From Octopus bimaculoides (Eukaryota): DNA of 64,000 nucleotides. Where the stretch lies: positions 6,713,387 through 6,777,386 of the forward strand of contig NC_068997.1 of NCBI RefSeq assembly GCF_001194135.2, read 5' to 3'. The notes under the pieces were generated by a model. It did not search any database. It worked only from the letters and a program-made list of their open reading frames with translations, and was not told the DNA's origin. Made by a program: the position numbers and the translations under genes. Shown here piece by piece: positions 13,801 to 26,451 of this stretch. Numbering within the stretch: position 1 is the first letter of the stretch; every line of letters begins with the position of its first letter.

Positions 13801-14109
13801 TTTGTCTGACAGTTTGTTCTACTGATTATTATAACTGTTATCCAAGTAAAATAAATTCTTTCTTCCTCACTGGGATCTATATTTTTATTGTCTAGTACTC
13901 AAGACCCAATACAATTATCGTTACAATAACTTGAATTAAAATAGTATTCTCCATTAATACAGCTACTAATGTTACTATCAAACTATAGAATTTGATCAAA
14001 GTTAGATTTAACTTTTAGGCAATAGCAGACAGACTTTATTTTTCAAAGAAATCTACAATATTTGTTTAATTTCACAAGTTTTGTTATTTTTCATCATGTG
14101 CACATTTAA

Positions 14110-14328
14110 CCCTTTAGCATTTAAACCAGCCATACCTGATCCAAATACTGTACCTGTTTTATATTCAAACCAGTCAGATCTGGCCTCTTGCACCTACCTA
14201 ACAATACCATTCTTAAACTATACAATCACATCATAGAAATTTCAAAACTACCAGATAATGCATAATTAATTCAAGACAATGTGAATAAATAAACATAACA
14301 TTTGACAGAATAATTTGAATGCTAAGGG
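14110..14328. mobile_element. piggyBac-type MITE (diverged)
   Basis: TTAA|CCCTTTAGCATT ... AATGCTAAGGG|TTTAA; homologous to 18291-18490. Confidence 0.75.
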
Positions 14329-14851
14329 TTTAAATTTACATATTTAAAATCAATCTATAAAATTAGAAGAATAAAAGGAAATAATAGATGTATAAAAGTG
14401 TGTGTAATAAATCTAAAATGTAAGAAGACTATAAAATTAAAACGAAGGAGAAGACAAGTGACTTTCAGCAAAACTATAGATGTTAGAATAATTTGTAAGT
14501 CAAACCAGTTGTCTAGACCAATTATTAGCTTCAGACCATACAAATTAGAATAATTTACTAACTACTTACTAATTGCTTGCATTAAATTACACAGCAGAAT
14601 TAACAGAAAAAAGTGCTGACAACTAGATACTCAAATAAAGAATTTAAGAGGAGTTTCTGAGGTTAATTACAAATTGAAGTATTACTCTAATTTTCACAGA
14701 TCTTCATGAAGACAATTAGAAAATACTTTATGATCTCTAAATACATTTCCCTATTTTTAAATCAGAGTCAATAAACTGGCTCTTAGTCAAAAGGTACAAC
14801 CCAACTACAAGTTGGTCAAATAGTAGTCCACTCAGATAGATGTAACATTCA

Positions 14852-14904
<53 letters not shown>

Positions 14905-14965
14905 GTATATATATATATATATATATATACATATACACATATATATATACACACACACACATATA

Positions 14966-15365
14966 TATCATCATCGTTTAACGTCCGCTTTCCATGCTAG
15001 CATGGGTTGGACGATTTGACTGAGGACTGGTGAAACCGGATGGCAACACCAGGCTCCAGTCTGATTTGGCAGAGTTTNNNNNNNNNNTTTTGCGTGTCAC
15101 CCGCACGAAAACGGCCACGCTCGAAATGGTGTCTTTTATGTGCCACCCGCACAAGCCAGTCCAGGGGCACTGGCAACGATCTCGCTCGAAAATCCTACAG
15201 GAGCCAGTCAGGCGGTACTGGCAACGGCCACGCTCAAAATGGTGCATCTCATGTGCCACCCGCACAAGAACCAGTCCAGGGGCACTGGCAACGATCTTAC
15301 TTGGCTTGCCGGGTCTTCTCACGCACAGCCCATTTCCAAAGGTCTCGGTCCGTAGTCATCGCCTC
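14966..15365 (-). mobile_element. 5'-truncated RTE LINE: ORF end plus hairpin-repeat 3' UTR
   Basis: Minus strand reads IEAMTTDRDLWKWAVREKTRQAK*, then GCCAGT-N8-ACTGGC units and a (GAT)n tail; 10-N gap inside. Confidence 0.85.
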
Positions 15366-15747
15366 GATACATATACATATATATATAATACAAATGATAT
15401 GTGAGCATATGCATATATACATACGTATATGTACATACCTACATCTACATGTATATATAGATGCATATCCAGGTACAGGACGTCAAAAAAACATGGACAA
15501 AAAAGGAAGGGGAACATAAACAAAACACAAAAAACAAACTTTTTTTACGGACAACAGAATGAACACATAGGAAAACAGACAAGCCACATATGGAACTTGT
15601 CCTTCATCAGCTGCCTCTATTCTCAACTAGGCGTTTCGAAGATAGGGTTGTGATATGTTTAGATGAACAAAGGCCATTGTGTTAGTGACAGAAAAGACAA
15701 GGGACAGAGGGCTACATTGTCTTAAAAACAGGAGATATATTCTAGAG

Positions 15748-15765
15748 CAGTGGTTCTCAACTGGA
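15748..15765 (+). mobile_element. hAT-Charlie-type terminal remnant
   Basis: TTCTAGAG|CAGTGGTTCTCAAC: Charlie-like terminus next to an NTCTAGAN target. A similar end is at 62189 (GTCTAGGG|CAGTGTTCTCAAC). Confidence 0.5.
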
Positions 15766-17089
15766 TCTGCTTCTTCTTCTCTTCCTAATATCTGTCTCAC
15801 TCCCTAGTTCCTCACAACTACATTCTGGAGCTCTTTCCTTGTCTATGTTTTATCACCAATACTTAACTTAGGGGGCCTCTACACAGCTATTCGGCCCACT
15901 TGGCTGAACTGCAGCAGACATTAGGTAACGTAGTTTCAGGAACACTAAGTCTGGAGAAAAGACAGGCTGGTTGCAAATGGAACATCATTAACCGATCAGA
16001 ACTGACCTAACTACAAAATTTGAAACTTAACATCCATCACATCAACCCATAGCATAGAAAAAGCTGCAAGGCTATTAGTTACCGATCTTAAGTGTGAAAA
16101 ACTGAATAAGCACAGGAGAAAAAAAAACAAAAATCAATGCATAAAAAAAGGAATAAAAAACAAAATTTTAAAATGTATTTAGTGTTCTTTTAAAATCAGG
16201 CCATAAAATGTTTGAAGTTAAATATGAATATTTGAGGTGACTAGTAATGGTTTAATTAAATAAATTTAAATTTTTAAAAAAATGGATAATATTAGTGTGA
16301 GAAGAAAAGAGAATGCTATCAATTCTCCTTCCAGCACAGAAAACATTATACATTGTGTTCATCTAAATTATTACAAGTTTCAAACAGAAATTGAATATTT
16401 TTTTCATTATTATTAACCTGTAAAAACCTGTTTTTTTTTTCTTGTTTTTTATCTTTTATGCCAGAAGGTTGGGCAGTGTCCTCGACCAACTATAGGATTT
16501 CCAAGACTTGTGAGAGGGAAGGAGAGAGAGAAAGATGTCCTGAAGCCAGAAGCCTGGTTCAAATGCTTGTGACAGAATGGACTCTGCCAAAGACACCCAT
16601 GGTGCCAGATGGGGGGGGGGGGGTGTTAAACTGAATGATGGTTAACTCTACCACCTAAGAAGGCCATGAACAGCTGGAACAAATGTTGCAAATCATCTTC
16701 TCTGACTTTCTAACAATTCTGCCAATACACTGTGGATTGGTACATTTTTAGTGGCCCAAAAAGGAGCAAGACCTCAGCAAGATTTGAACTTAGAGCACAG
16801 TATCAAAATAAAGATTGCAGAGCATTCTGCCCAATGCCCTAACTACTCTGCCACCTTAAATAGAATAGATCTCAGACACCACTCCTAGATGATTAAATCA
16901 ACTAACAGCTCCAGGACAGATTTTAGTAACAGGTTTAAATCTAATCTTGAAAATGGACACAATGTCTAACTCAGAAGTGGAATATTCAATCAATTGCCCT
17001 AAAATTCTTTTCATGAATCTAAATATTTTTGTCCTGTGGATTCCTACCTTCTTAGCAGCTACTGAGTCATATTTTGCATGTGCATCTGG

Positions 17090-17157
17090 CTTCCCAGACC
17101 CCAGTCAAACCGTCCAACCCATGCCAGCATGGAAAACGGATGTTAAATGATGATGAT
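17090..17157 (+). mobile_element. RTE 3' tail fragment
   Basis: cccagtcaaaccgtccaacccatgccagcatggaaaacggatgttaaatgatgatgat. Confidence 0.8.
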
Positions 17158-18290
17158 AAATTAGACAATATGATAAAAATTTTAAATAGACTGGTTCTTC
17201 TATTTAAAGTATGCACAGTAAAAGAGGGCCAGCCAACCAATAAAAAAGCTTCTACATAGCTGCTCAATCTGTTCGAAGAAGTAGCCAAATTTCCTAAAAT
17301 CACACACAAAAGAGACAAGATAGTTACAGCAAGCAAGAAAAACTTCTGATAATTAATTTGTTTGATGACAAGTGACTAGGAGTTAATCAGCAACAACATA
17401 GAGAATCAACTTACTTTTAAATTAAGTCATAAAATACACTAAACTGGGTCTGTGTCCTAGAAGAATGAAGCTATTTTTATCTTGTATAAACCTGCCCCCT
17501 GCCATATATTTACAAGCTACAATAAACTTCTGTGTACACCAGTATGGGAATTAGTGAACCAAGCAGATAATAAAACACTTCTCATTGTTCCATTTAATAA
17601 TATCATTAAAAGAGCTTTGAAGACAGATCTTGTATATAAGGACCTGTCTTTCACATATAAGAAATAGAATGATATTCTTTTTATAGGTAAATCACAGCAG
17701 GTGGAACAGTGATCATGGGTCTTGTAAAAGAGCTCAGAAACTGCTGAGAGTGATGTAGTTGGTGTTGAGTGTGAGTAAACAGACATGAGCAGGGAAATAT
17801 TAACAGGAGTGAGACTCAGAATACTAAAGTTCTGAGGGGAAAGAAGTGAATAAAGCAGTTAGTGCAGGGGCCCAGATTACAAGACCCAAAAAGGGTAACA
17901 AGAAGAGACAATTGAGCCTAGCTGGAAGTGGCATGCAACCAACAAGTTGGAAACAAACCTCTGTGGTAATATAACCATAGCAGAGAAGACAACATGTCTA
18001 TGGACTTAAGTAATCACATTCTCCTAGTACCATAGCTCAGATTAGTGTATCTCAAGTTTTGGGGGTTTTTTTTTTTTTTTTTTAAGTATAAAGAAAGTTG
18101 TTCAGCATTGATCAAGCAGGCCAAAGGGTGTTTCAAAGGTATTCCAGTTGTAATGATCTATTTTTAAATTTTTTTTTATTTTTTGTATATCTACTGTAGA
18201 GTTTGATTTGAAGTAATTTAACTGTTTTTCTGCCAGTAGATTGAGTGCAACCATTAAGGGACTTCCCCCATCAGGTGGATGCTGCATTAA

Positions 18291-18490
18291 CCCTTTAGCA
18301 TTTAAACCAACCATATTCAGCCCATATAGCCTACCTGTTTTATGTAAAAACTGGCCAGATTTGGCCTTTCACACATACCATACGATGTCATTCTTGAAAT
18401 TTTGAAGCTATGAGATAATCCATGATTAATTCAAAACAATGAGAATAAATCAGGATTACTGTTGACAAGAGTAATCTGAATGCTAAAGGG
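18291..18490. mobile_element. piggyBac-type MITE, 200 nt
   Basis: Terminal inverted repeats CCCTTTAGCATT / AATGCTAAAGGG flanked on both sides by TTAA (the piggyBac target-site duplication). Confidence 0.85.
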
Positions 18491-18509
18491 TTAAGTTCTA
18501 AGAACAAAA

Positions 18510-18660
18510 TTAGTGTAGAGACAAGTGAACGTTTGTCAATCAGCCAGACAGCTTTGTTTTGGATGTTGTCTAGGGTGAGGATGTGTAGTAGCAGCAGCAG
18601 CAGCTTTGTGCCACACATGGAAGCATTATCCTTTACGATTCTTGTGATTTTATAGATCTT
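18510..18660 (-). mobile_element. CR1-group LINE RT C-terminal remnant
   Basis: HILTLDNIQNKAVWLIDKRSLVSTL resembles CR1-Zenon LD.IQ.KA.RLI...SL...L. Confidence 0.5.
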
Positions 18661-20214
18661 TTCTGTATTTAGAAGATAAAAGAACAACTGAATGAAATTA
18701 CTTTGAAGATTAATCTTGGTAAATTTAATGGAAAGCATCACTCTCACAAATCATGCAACAATCTGAAGATCTACAGCAAGCCTGCAAATTCAGATAACTG
18801 CATAACTTGTGTAGGGAAGGGTTCTCAAAGTTTACAGCATACCTTAATTATAATAAGATTTGAAAGCTATAAAATGGTATTTTGAGTATGAACTGACATC
18901 TAAATGTTAGTGTAAAGTGAAATTTAGACATTCTAAGCACTGAATTGGAATGGAAAAGAGAAAAGGAAAAGCATGAAGAGTACTTTGTGAGAACTTGTAG
19001 ATATTTAATCTTCATTAACATTATTATTTTCATTAACTTTAATTATGTATGAAATAAGTAAAAGGTTAATTCAACATATACAATCCAATCCAGTCAACTC
19101 CTAGATATGCTGTTTCGTTTAGTTTTTTTTTAATGGCTTAATCTGAAGAGAAAGAGTAGCATTCATGATCTTTTAGCAGGGCCTCTGCAGCTGGTGGGGA
19201 GAGAAACCATGTTACATGAATCGCTGTATCAGAAAAAAACCCAATGAACTCAATGAAATTATCCTCATGCAGAATAGCTGGCCTAAATCCTTGCAGTAAA
19301 AGCACCACGTTGGAGGTATTAAATCAGACAATGGATTAAGTATACTGACCAACAACAGGTAGAGTCCATTTATATTCTGTGACAAGGCATCATTTAATCT
19401 AAGGCTATGTTTGGTAGAAATCACCCCAAAGTATTTCACAATGAAATCAAACCTGGATCTACAGGATTACAATGTAAACTTCTTAATTACATGGTCATAA
19501 ATAAAAATGATCTCATATATTGGAAGGAAATCAATTATTTCTTCATATAAATAATCATTTCTGAAATACTGTTTAGTTTTAATTATGAAAACTCTTCAAT
19601 TAGTTAAAATTGGGTGGTGGTGGTGGTGGTGGTGGATTTTGAAGTAAATTTAAAATAATGTTGTATTTTTCCTTTCTTAAAATTCTATTTTTCAAAATCA
19701 CTTTTTGTGAACTAGATGAACATTGATTACTGAATGATGTGCTATTATAAGCAAGATCAATATTGATTACAAAATAATGTGTTCAATATAGATGTCAGCC
19801 ATTTCAATGTTACAAAGAGAAATGGATAAGTAAGCTGCAACTAGAAACTCAGAAATTTCCTCTTTCAAGCTTCCAACATGGAATACTGCAATAGTTTGTT
19901 GCATAACACTTTGAGCTCCCCAACATTTTTAACTATTAACTTTTTGTAGTTGTATACAAAAATTTGCACGTAAATCTGAATTAAGCTGGAATGCTCAAAT
20001 ATCTTAGGGCAAACATTCATTCAAATTAATGGTTTAACTGAATTGCTTGAATAGAAATATATAATTTAATGTTCCTAAGGTTTTCAAAATTGGAAATTTT
20101 CATGGAGAGAGAAATTTAAGCTGTGCTTGTTTATTATTAGATCCACAAAGGCATATTTTTCCCATATCTGGGACAGCTGCTACACACAAAAATAATTCTT
20201 AAACACATCAAAAA

Positions 20215-20610
20215 CAAAGACTTCTGATTGACTGGCATGAACTCATTCACAAACCACTCCAACCTTTTGCCCATGGGCATTACGTCTCTTCACTGCCCAT
20301 TCTATTGAATCTACAACAGCTTCTGCCACTCCTAAGCTATCCAGTTGCATACCACCTCCACTTAAGCCCACTCACTTCTCATTACCCGTTTTGGATCCTA
20401 TTAGGTTAATATGGAACCCTAGGTCCTATATTCCTAGTAACCACTATCCTGCTCCTTCTTCTCAACAACATTCAACACTCTGAAATTCTCTTCCTACTTG
20501 CAACTCCTGCAGACAATTTGAATGTTGCTCATATCAATTTCACTTGTCTTGGAGGGCTTTCAAATGTCATGTGCACAGACCCTTCCTTCTGGTTAAAAAC
20601 CATTAAAAAA
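20215..20610 (+). mobile_element. CR1-group LINE 3' remnant
   Basis: Degenerate LQPFAH..VSSL..FY.IYN and T.*NSLP (the WNSLP motif). Confidence 0.55.
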
Positions 20611-20730
20611 AATTATAGTTCTGGAGTTGTTTTTTCTGGTTGTCTGTCCTGGCAGCATTTTATATATATATATATATATATACACACACATACATGCATT
20701 GTTGTCATCATCATCGCCACTGTCGCTGCC

Positions 20731-22039
20731 AGTGTACAGGTAGGAGTTCACCAAGTCTCAGTTCTCATCCCCCTCTTGCTTATCTTAGTACTCCAGGCCT
20801 TAACAGAGGAATTCAAGACTGGCTACCCCTGAGAGCTCCTCTATACGGATGAATTGGTTCTTATAGCTGAATCACTACCTGGCCTAAAGAAGAAATTTCA
20901 GGTGTGGAAGCAAGGCCTGGAATCTAAAGGGCCACAGAGTTAATTTAGCAAAAAGCAAAGTCCTAGTAAGTAGGAAAACAGACAAATTACAAGTCCCTTC
21001 TGGGAGATGGCCCTGCTCAATATGTAAGAAGGATGGTCGTAGAAACTCCATATGTTGTACCCAGTGCAAGCTTTAGAAACATAAGAGGTGTAGCCATATC
21101 ACAGGTAGGTTAACAAAGAATAGTCTTTGTGTGTGGAAAATGTGCAGGTACAATAAGCACTCACAATGCAGACAATAGACTGCCTCAAATGTTCAGGGTA
21201 TCATTAGAAGTAGTAGATAGCTTCTGTTACCTAGGAGACCAAGTTGGTAGTGGTGGAGGAAATTCTGAAAGTGTAGTTGCTAGAATAAGAAAAGGCTGGG
21301 CAAAGTTCAGAGATCTTCTACCTTTGTTAATAACTAAAGGCCCCTCCCTCAGAGTGAAAGGCAGATTGTATAATGCCTTATATGCACAGCTATGTTACAT
21401 GGCAGTGAAACATGGGCTCTGACTACAGAGGACGTGTGAAGGTTTGAAAGAAATTAAGCTAGCAGGCTCCACTGGATGGGTAATGTCAGTGTGCACACAG
21501 GGCAGAGTGTAAATGATTTAAGAGGAAAACTGGGTATAAGAGGCATCAAATGCTGTGTGCAAGAGAGAAGAAGGCTGTGCTGCTTTGGTCATGTGATGCG
21601 TATGGATGAAGACAGCTGCATAAAGAAGTGCTGAACTCTAATTGTGGAGGGGACTTGAAGAAGGAGTGGACCCAGGAAGATGTGGGATGAAGTAGTGAGA
21701 AAGGATCTTCAGACACTGGGTCTCACTGAGGAAATGACAGGGGACGGGGAGATGTAGAGATTTGCTGTACTTGGTAAGAAATCTTCAAGCTAAGTAAAAT
21801 CACTGCCTTCCACACAGAGTCTCGTCAGGTGTCGATATAAAAAGCACTGGGGCTGGTGCTGGGTAAACACACCCATGCTGGTGACATGTAAAAAGCACCC
21901 AGCACACTCTTGTTAAGTGGTTGACATTAGGAAAGGCAGCCGTCAAAACCATGCCACAACAAACAATTGGAGACTGGCCAGCTTCATGTCAAACAGTCTA
22001 ACCGATGCCAGCATGGAAAATGGACATTAAATGGTGATG
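20731..22039 (+). mobile_element. 5'-truncated RTE LINE (RT C-terminal half to tail), decayed
   Basis: VGVHQVSVLIPLLLILVLQALTEEFKTGYP*ELLYTD; LEVVDSFCYLGDQVGSGGGNSESVVARIRKGWAKFRDLLPLL; GHVMRMDED; short 3' UTR and (GAT)-type tail. Confidence 0.92.
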
Positions 22040-23235
22040 TTTTTTTTTATACGTCTCTAAATTCTATAGTTAGGCACAGTCAATTGAATCAAAACTATAA
22101 ATGGAGTAAAGACAATGTTGATCCTACTGGGATTTGAACTCAGAATGTAAAAAAACTAAAATCTAATTTACTGTTACATGTTTAAAAGTCCAGTGCTTGA
22201 CTATAACACTTTTAAAACTACAATGGAATATATGAAAATATGAAAAAGCAACATGCCAATCATAAAAAGTGTTTTGGAAAAGCAAAACTGTGCAAACTAC
22301 ATTTGAACAAAAAAAAATATATATATTTAAATATACAAATAGGAACAAATCTAAGATTAAAACTGTTGGAAATCTGACTACATTGGAGTGATATTTTTAA
22401 CTAACCAAGGTCAAAACGTTAGAATGTGATACGAGTGAATAAATGTCTTTTCAACAAAAAAAATAATTCATCCTATTATATTACACTTGAACCTATTGAC
22501 TAATGGTTAAATTAGTAGAAAAAATCTAATACTGCTTATATGTATATGTGCATGGGAGAGAGAGAGAGAATGTGTGTGTTTGTGTGTCTTTTAATGATGA
22601 AATTCCAATATTTTCAAAGCCATTATATAACATTAGAGCATTCCAGCTGAATTAAGCTTTTTTTTTTTTTTTTTNNNNNNNNNNNNNNNNNNNNNNNNNN
22701 NNNNNNNNNNNNNNNNNNNNNNNNNNNNNNNNNNNNNNNNNNNNNNNNNNNNNNNNNNNNNNNNNNNNNNNNNNNNNNNNNNNNNNNNNNNNNNNNNNNN
22801 NNNNNNNNNNNNNNNNNNNNNNNNNNNNNNNNNNNNNNNNNNNNNNNNNNNNNNNNNNNNNNNNNNNNNNNNNNNNNNNNNNNNNNNNNNNNNNNNNNNN
22901 NNNNNNNNNNNNNNNNNNNNNNNNNNNNNNNNNNNNNNNNNNNNNNNNNNNNNNNNNNNNNNNNNNNNNNNNNNNNNNNNNNNNNNNNNNNNNNNNNNNN
23001 NNNNNNNNNNNNNNNNNNNNNNNNNNNNNNNNNNNNNNNNNNNNNNNNNNNNNNNNNNNNNNNNNNNNNNNNNNNNNNNNNNNNNNNNNNNNNNNNNNNN
23101 NNNNNNNNNNNNNNNNNNNNNNNNNNNNNNNNNNNNNNNNNNNNNNNNNNNNNNNNNNNNNNNNNNNNNNNNNNNNNNNNNNNNNNNNNNNNNNNNNNNN
23201 NNNNNNNNNNNNNNNNNNNNNNNNNNNNNNNNNNN

Positions 23236-23269
<34 letters not shown>

Positions 23270-23834
23270 ATTTATGCCCCCACCTCACTCCCAGGGCGCA
23301 TAACAACCCCAGTTAAGAGCCACTGAGTTAGACAAAAGACCTTTTGGTGGGACTATTGAAGGGAATAGAAAAACACATCATGCGTTATTCTCATCCCAGA
23401 TATCTGACCTAAATGCTTGCAACAGAATGAACTCTACTGAAGATATTCAAGACAAAGTGGCAGCATTAAACTAGAAACAAATATGGTCTGTCACCCAACA
23501 ACAGATATGGTTCTTCCAATAAGTTTCTACACAAAGTTTGCTATATTTGTCTGCATCAGATTATTAAGTCTTGAATTAATACAGATTCTTCTCCTTTGAT
23601 TGTGCCTTGATGAAGATGGCTATCTCTAAAACAGGAATGAAACATGACCAAGATCTTCTAAAATAAAGATGCTGCATAGTAGTACCTTCAGTTAATATAA
23701 ATAAATATTAATATATATTCTGATATTTTGATATAAAATACCTTTTCTCAAAGTTCAAAAGAGAACAACAAATTCAAATGAGGAAACTTTCCAAGTTTTC
23801 AGCTAAATTTTTTTCACCAAAGCATTCTTCCTCC

Positions 23835-24500
23835 CAGGACTCGCGGTTTCGATCCCCAGACCGGGCATTGTGAGTGTTTATTGAGTGAAAATACCTAAAG
23901 CTCCCTGAGGCTCCAGCAGGGGATGGTGGCAAACCCTGCTGTACTCTTTCACCACAACTTTCTCTCACTCTTTCTTCCTGTTTCTGTTGTACCTGTAATT
24001 CAAAAGGGCCAGCCTTGTCACACTCTGTGTCACACTGAATCTCTTCGAGAACTACATTAAGGGTACACGTGTCTGTGGAGTGCTCAGCCACTTGCACGTT
24101 AATTTCATGAGCAGGCTGTTCCGTTGATCGGATCAACTGGAACCCTCGTCATCGTAACCGACGGNNNNNNNNNNTCCCCAGACCGGGCATTGTGAGTGTT
24201 TATTGAGTGAAAATACCTAAAGCTCCCTGAGGCTCCAGCAGGGGATGGTGGCAAACCCTGCTGTACTCTTTCACCACAACTTTCTCTCACTCTTTCTTCC
24301 TGTTTCTGTTGTACCTGTAATTCAAAAGGGCCAGCCTTGTCACACTCTGTGTCACACTGAATCTCTTCGAGAACTACATTAAGGGTACACGTGTCTGTGG
24401 AGTGCTCAGCCACTTGCACGTTAATTTCATGAGCAGGCTGTTCCGTTGATCGGATCAACTGGAACCCTCGTCATCGTAACCGACGGAGTGCCAACCACCA
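23835..24500 (+). mobile_element. tRNA-type SINE shown twice across a 10-N gap
   Basis: B-box-like GGTTTCGATCCCC. 23853-24164 appears identical to 24175-24486. Ends in a (CCA)n tail. Confidence 0.75.
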
Positions 24501-24910
24501 CCACCATATTACCTTGGGTCGAGAGGGGACTTTGCACCATCCACTGATCTGGTCAGTAGCCCTCAACAGGTTATCCCATATGAGCCTCCATTTGTCTTCC
24601 ACATCATGTGATGGTATATCCTCTATTTTATCAAATGCTTCGCATAATACGTCTCTAATTCTCTGCCCATTTGTGGGATCCTTAAGCTTCTGGACCCTTC
24701 TTCTCCATGCTGGTCGTCTTCTGGGCATCCATTTAGCCCTGATCCTGAAGTTGCTAACTACTAATCTATGTTGTGGGCTGCATTCTTCACTTGGGAAGGT
24801 TTTGGCATTTATAAGTAGCCCTCTTTCCCATTTCCTGGTGAGGATGTAGCCAATTTGACTAGTGTGTCCACCAGATCAGAAGGTGAATAGGTGACTGAAG
24901 AAGTCCTACC
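24497..24910 (-). mobile_element. RTE LINE fragment (end of the endonuclease domain plus linker)
   Basis: SQIGYILTRK..EECSPQHRLVVSNFRIRAKWMPRRRP..KVIWWW matches the RTE APE C-terminus (IDYIL, SDH/QHRLV) and the downstream WW motif. Confidence 0.85.
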
Positions 24911-25289
24911 CCCATATGGTTAGAATATGATCCCTTTCTAAGCATTTAATCAAATGCTGAGAACTTCTAATCAACTGGGGGACAGTACTGAAATATATAT
25001 GTAGGTTACTTTATTTTATTTTTTCAGCTTAACAACTTGTAATCAATTCATTTGTACTGTTACGTTTTTTAAAAGAAATTTTCATCATTTTATAACATAC
25101 AAATAAATTATACATCCATTTTCCCTCCATTTTCTTTTTCCTTCAATATTGATAATATATAATTTCAATAATCCCTAACAATATACCAATGACTTTCACA
25201 TATGACAGGGATTAACCAGTGGAATACCTTCGATTATATAATCCCTAATGAGGATATAACTTCTTCAAATTAACTGTTTTATACATGTG

Positions 25290-25520
25290 TGTGTGTGTGT
25301 GTGTGCATATGTTTGTGTGTCTGTGTTTGTCCCCACCAACATCGCTTGATAATCGATGCTGGTGTGCTTATGTCCCCGTAACTTAGCGGTTCGGCAAAAG
25401 AGGCCGATAGAATAAGTACTAGGCTTGCAAAGAATAAGTCCTGGGGTCGATTTGCTCAGCTAAAAGTGGTGCTCCAGCATGGCCACAATCAAATGACTGA
25501 AACAAGTAAACGAGTAAAAG
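25290..25520 (+). mobile_element. 3' half of the 59400-type SINE
   Basis: gtttgtccccaccaacatcgcttga..gcggttcggcaaaagag..ggtgctccagcatggcc..aaatgactgaaacaagtaaa. Confidence 0.85.
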
Positions 25521-25997
25521 ATATATATATATATATATATATATATTTTCGGATTTCGGCAGTATGTATGCTTGCTTTTTTGGGTCGATGCCATGCCCAC
25601 CTGAGGAAGAAAATCGCCAACAATACACATGCGGTTAATGTCAGTGTAGGTGTTATTGGTGGCGACAAAAAGGAAAAGAGAAGAGGAGAGGAGAGTGGAG
25701 GTAGAAAAGAAGATAGGTAGGAGGAGGACGAGATAAAGTGGAAGAGTTACAGACAAATTGTAATGATTCCCATTCAAGGTGCAGAAATGGCGTAATCCGA
25801 ATGAACAGGAACAGTAATCCGAAGGTAGAAGAATCCCGTGAATTAGGTACTCCAAAGTCAGTCAGAAGGCCATGGTCCATGTGAGCATGCAGTATACAGG
25901 GAATCAAAACAAAGAAGAACAAACAAGAAAAAACAATAATGCAAAGACATGGTACAAGTACTGTATTATCAGACGCTCAGGAAAGGAAATATATATA

Positions 25998-26036
<39 letters not shown>

Positions 26037-26451
26037 GTAGAGAGAGAGAGAAAATTTCTTGCATATAACACGCCAAAAGACCACATTAGTTAAGAATTAT
26101 AAAAGTAAATATGGAAGAGAGTGAAATTTCTCGTAACTATATACAATATGCCTCCCAGAACAGTTTGTAAGCAACTGTAGGAGAAATAATCCAAATTCAT
26201 AATGTCATAATGATATTAATTTGTTTACTTAAAACCTGAGTGTTTACTGCAAAAGCAAAGAAGTTAGTCAACCTGTAAGAAATACTGTGTTTCTGACATA
26301 CCTTATTTGATATTTTCAATCCATTTTTTTTTTTTTAAAACAAAAAAAAACAGCTAAAATTCATTGGTTGTGATTAACAGAGCTCAATTAAAATTTTTCT
26401 CACGTCTATCAAATTCCTCTCTCTCACACACACACACACACACATACACAG

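Noticed and set aside
15585-15650. Permuted hammerhead-like motif (GAAACG..CTGATGAAGG) on the minus strand
   Set aside because: No valid NUH site, and stems I and II do not pair properly; treated as a PLE-like remnant only.
22649-23266. Poly-T / gap / poly-A arrangement resembling a large inverted repeat, with a long ORF
   Set aside because: Contig ends at homopolymers around an N gap; the interior is unknown.
23853-24486. Apparently exact 312-nt tandem duplication producing twin ORFs (MIRSTEQPAHEINVQ..)
   Set aside because: The copies flank a 10-N gap, which is typical of unmerged contig overlap. The ORFs are antisense readings of a SINE.
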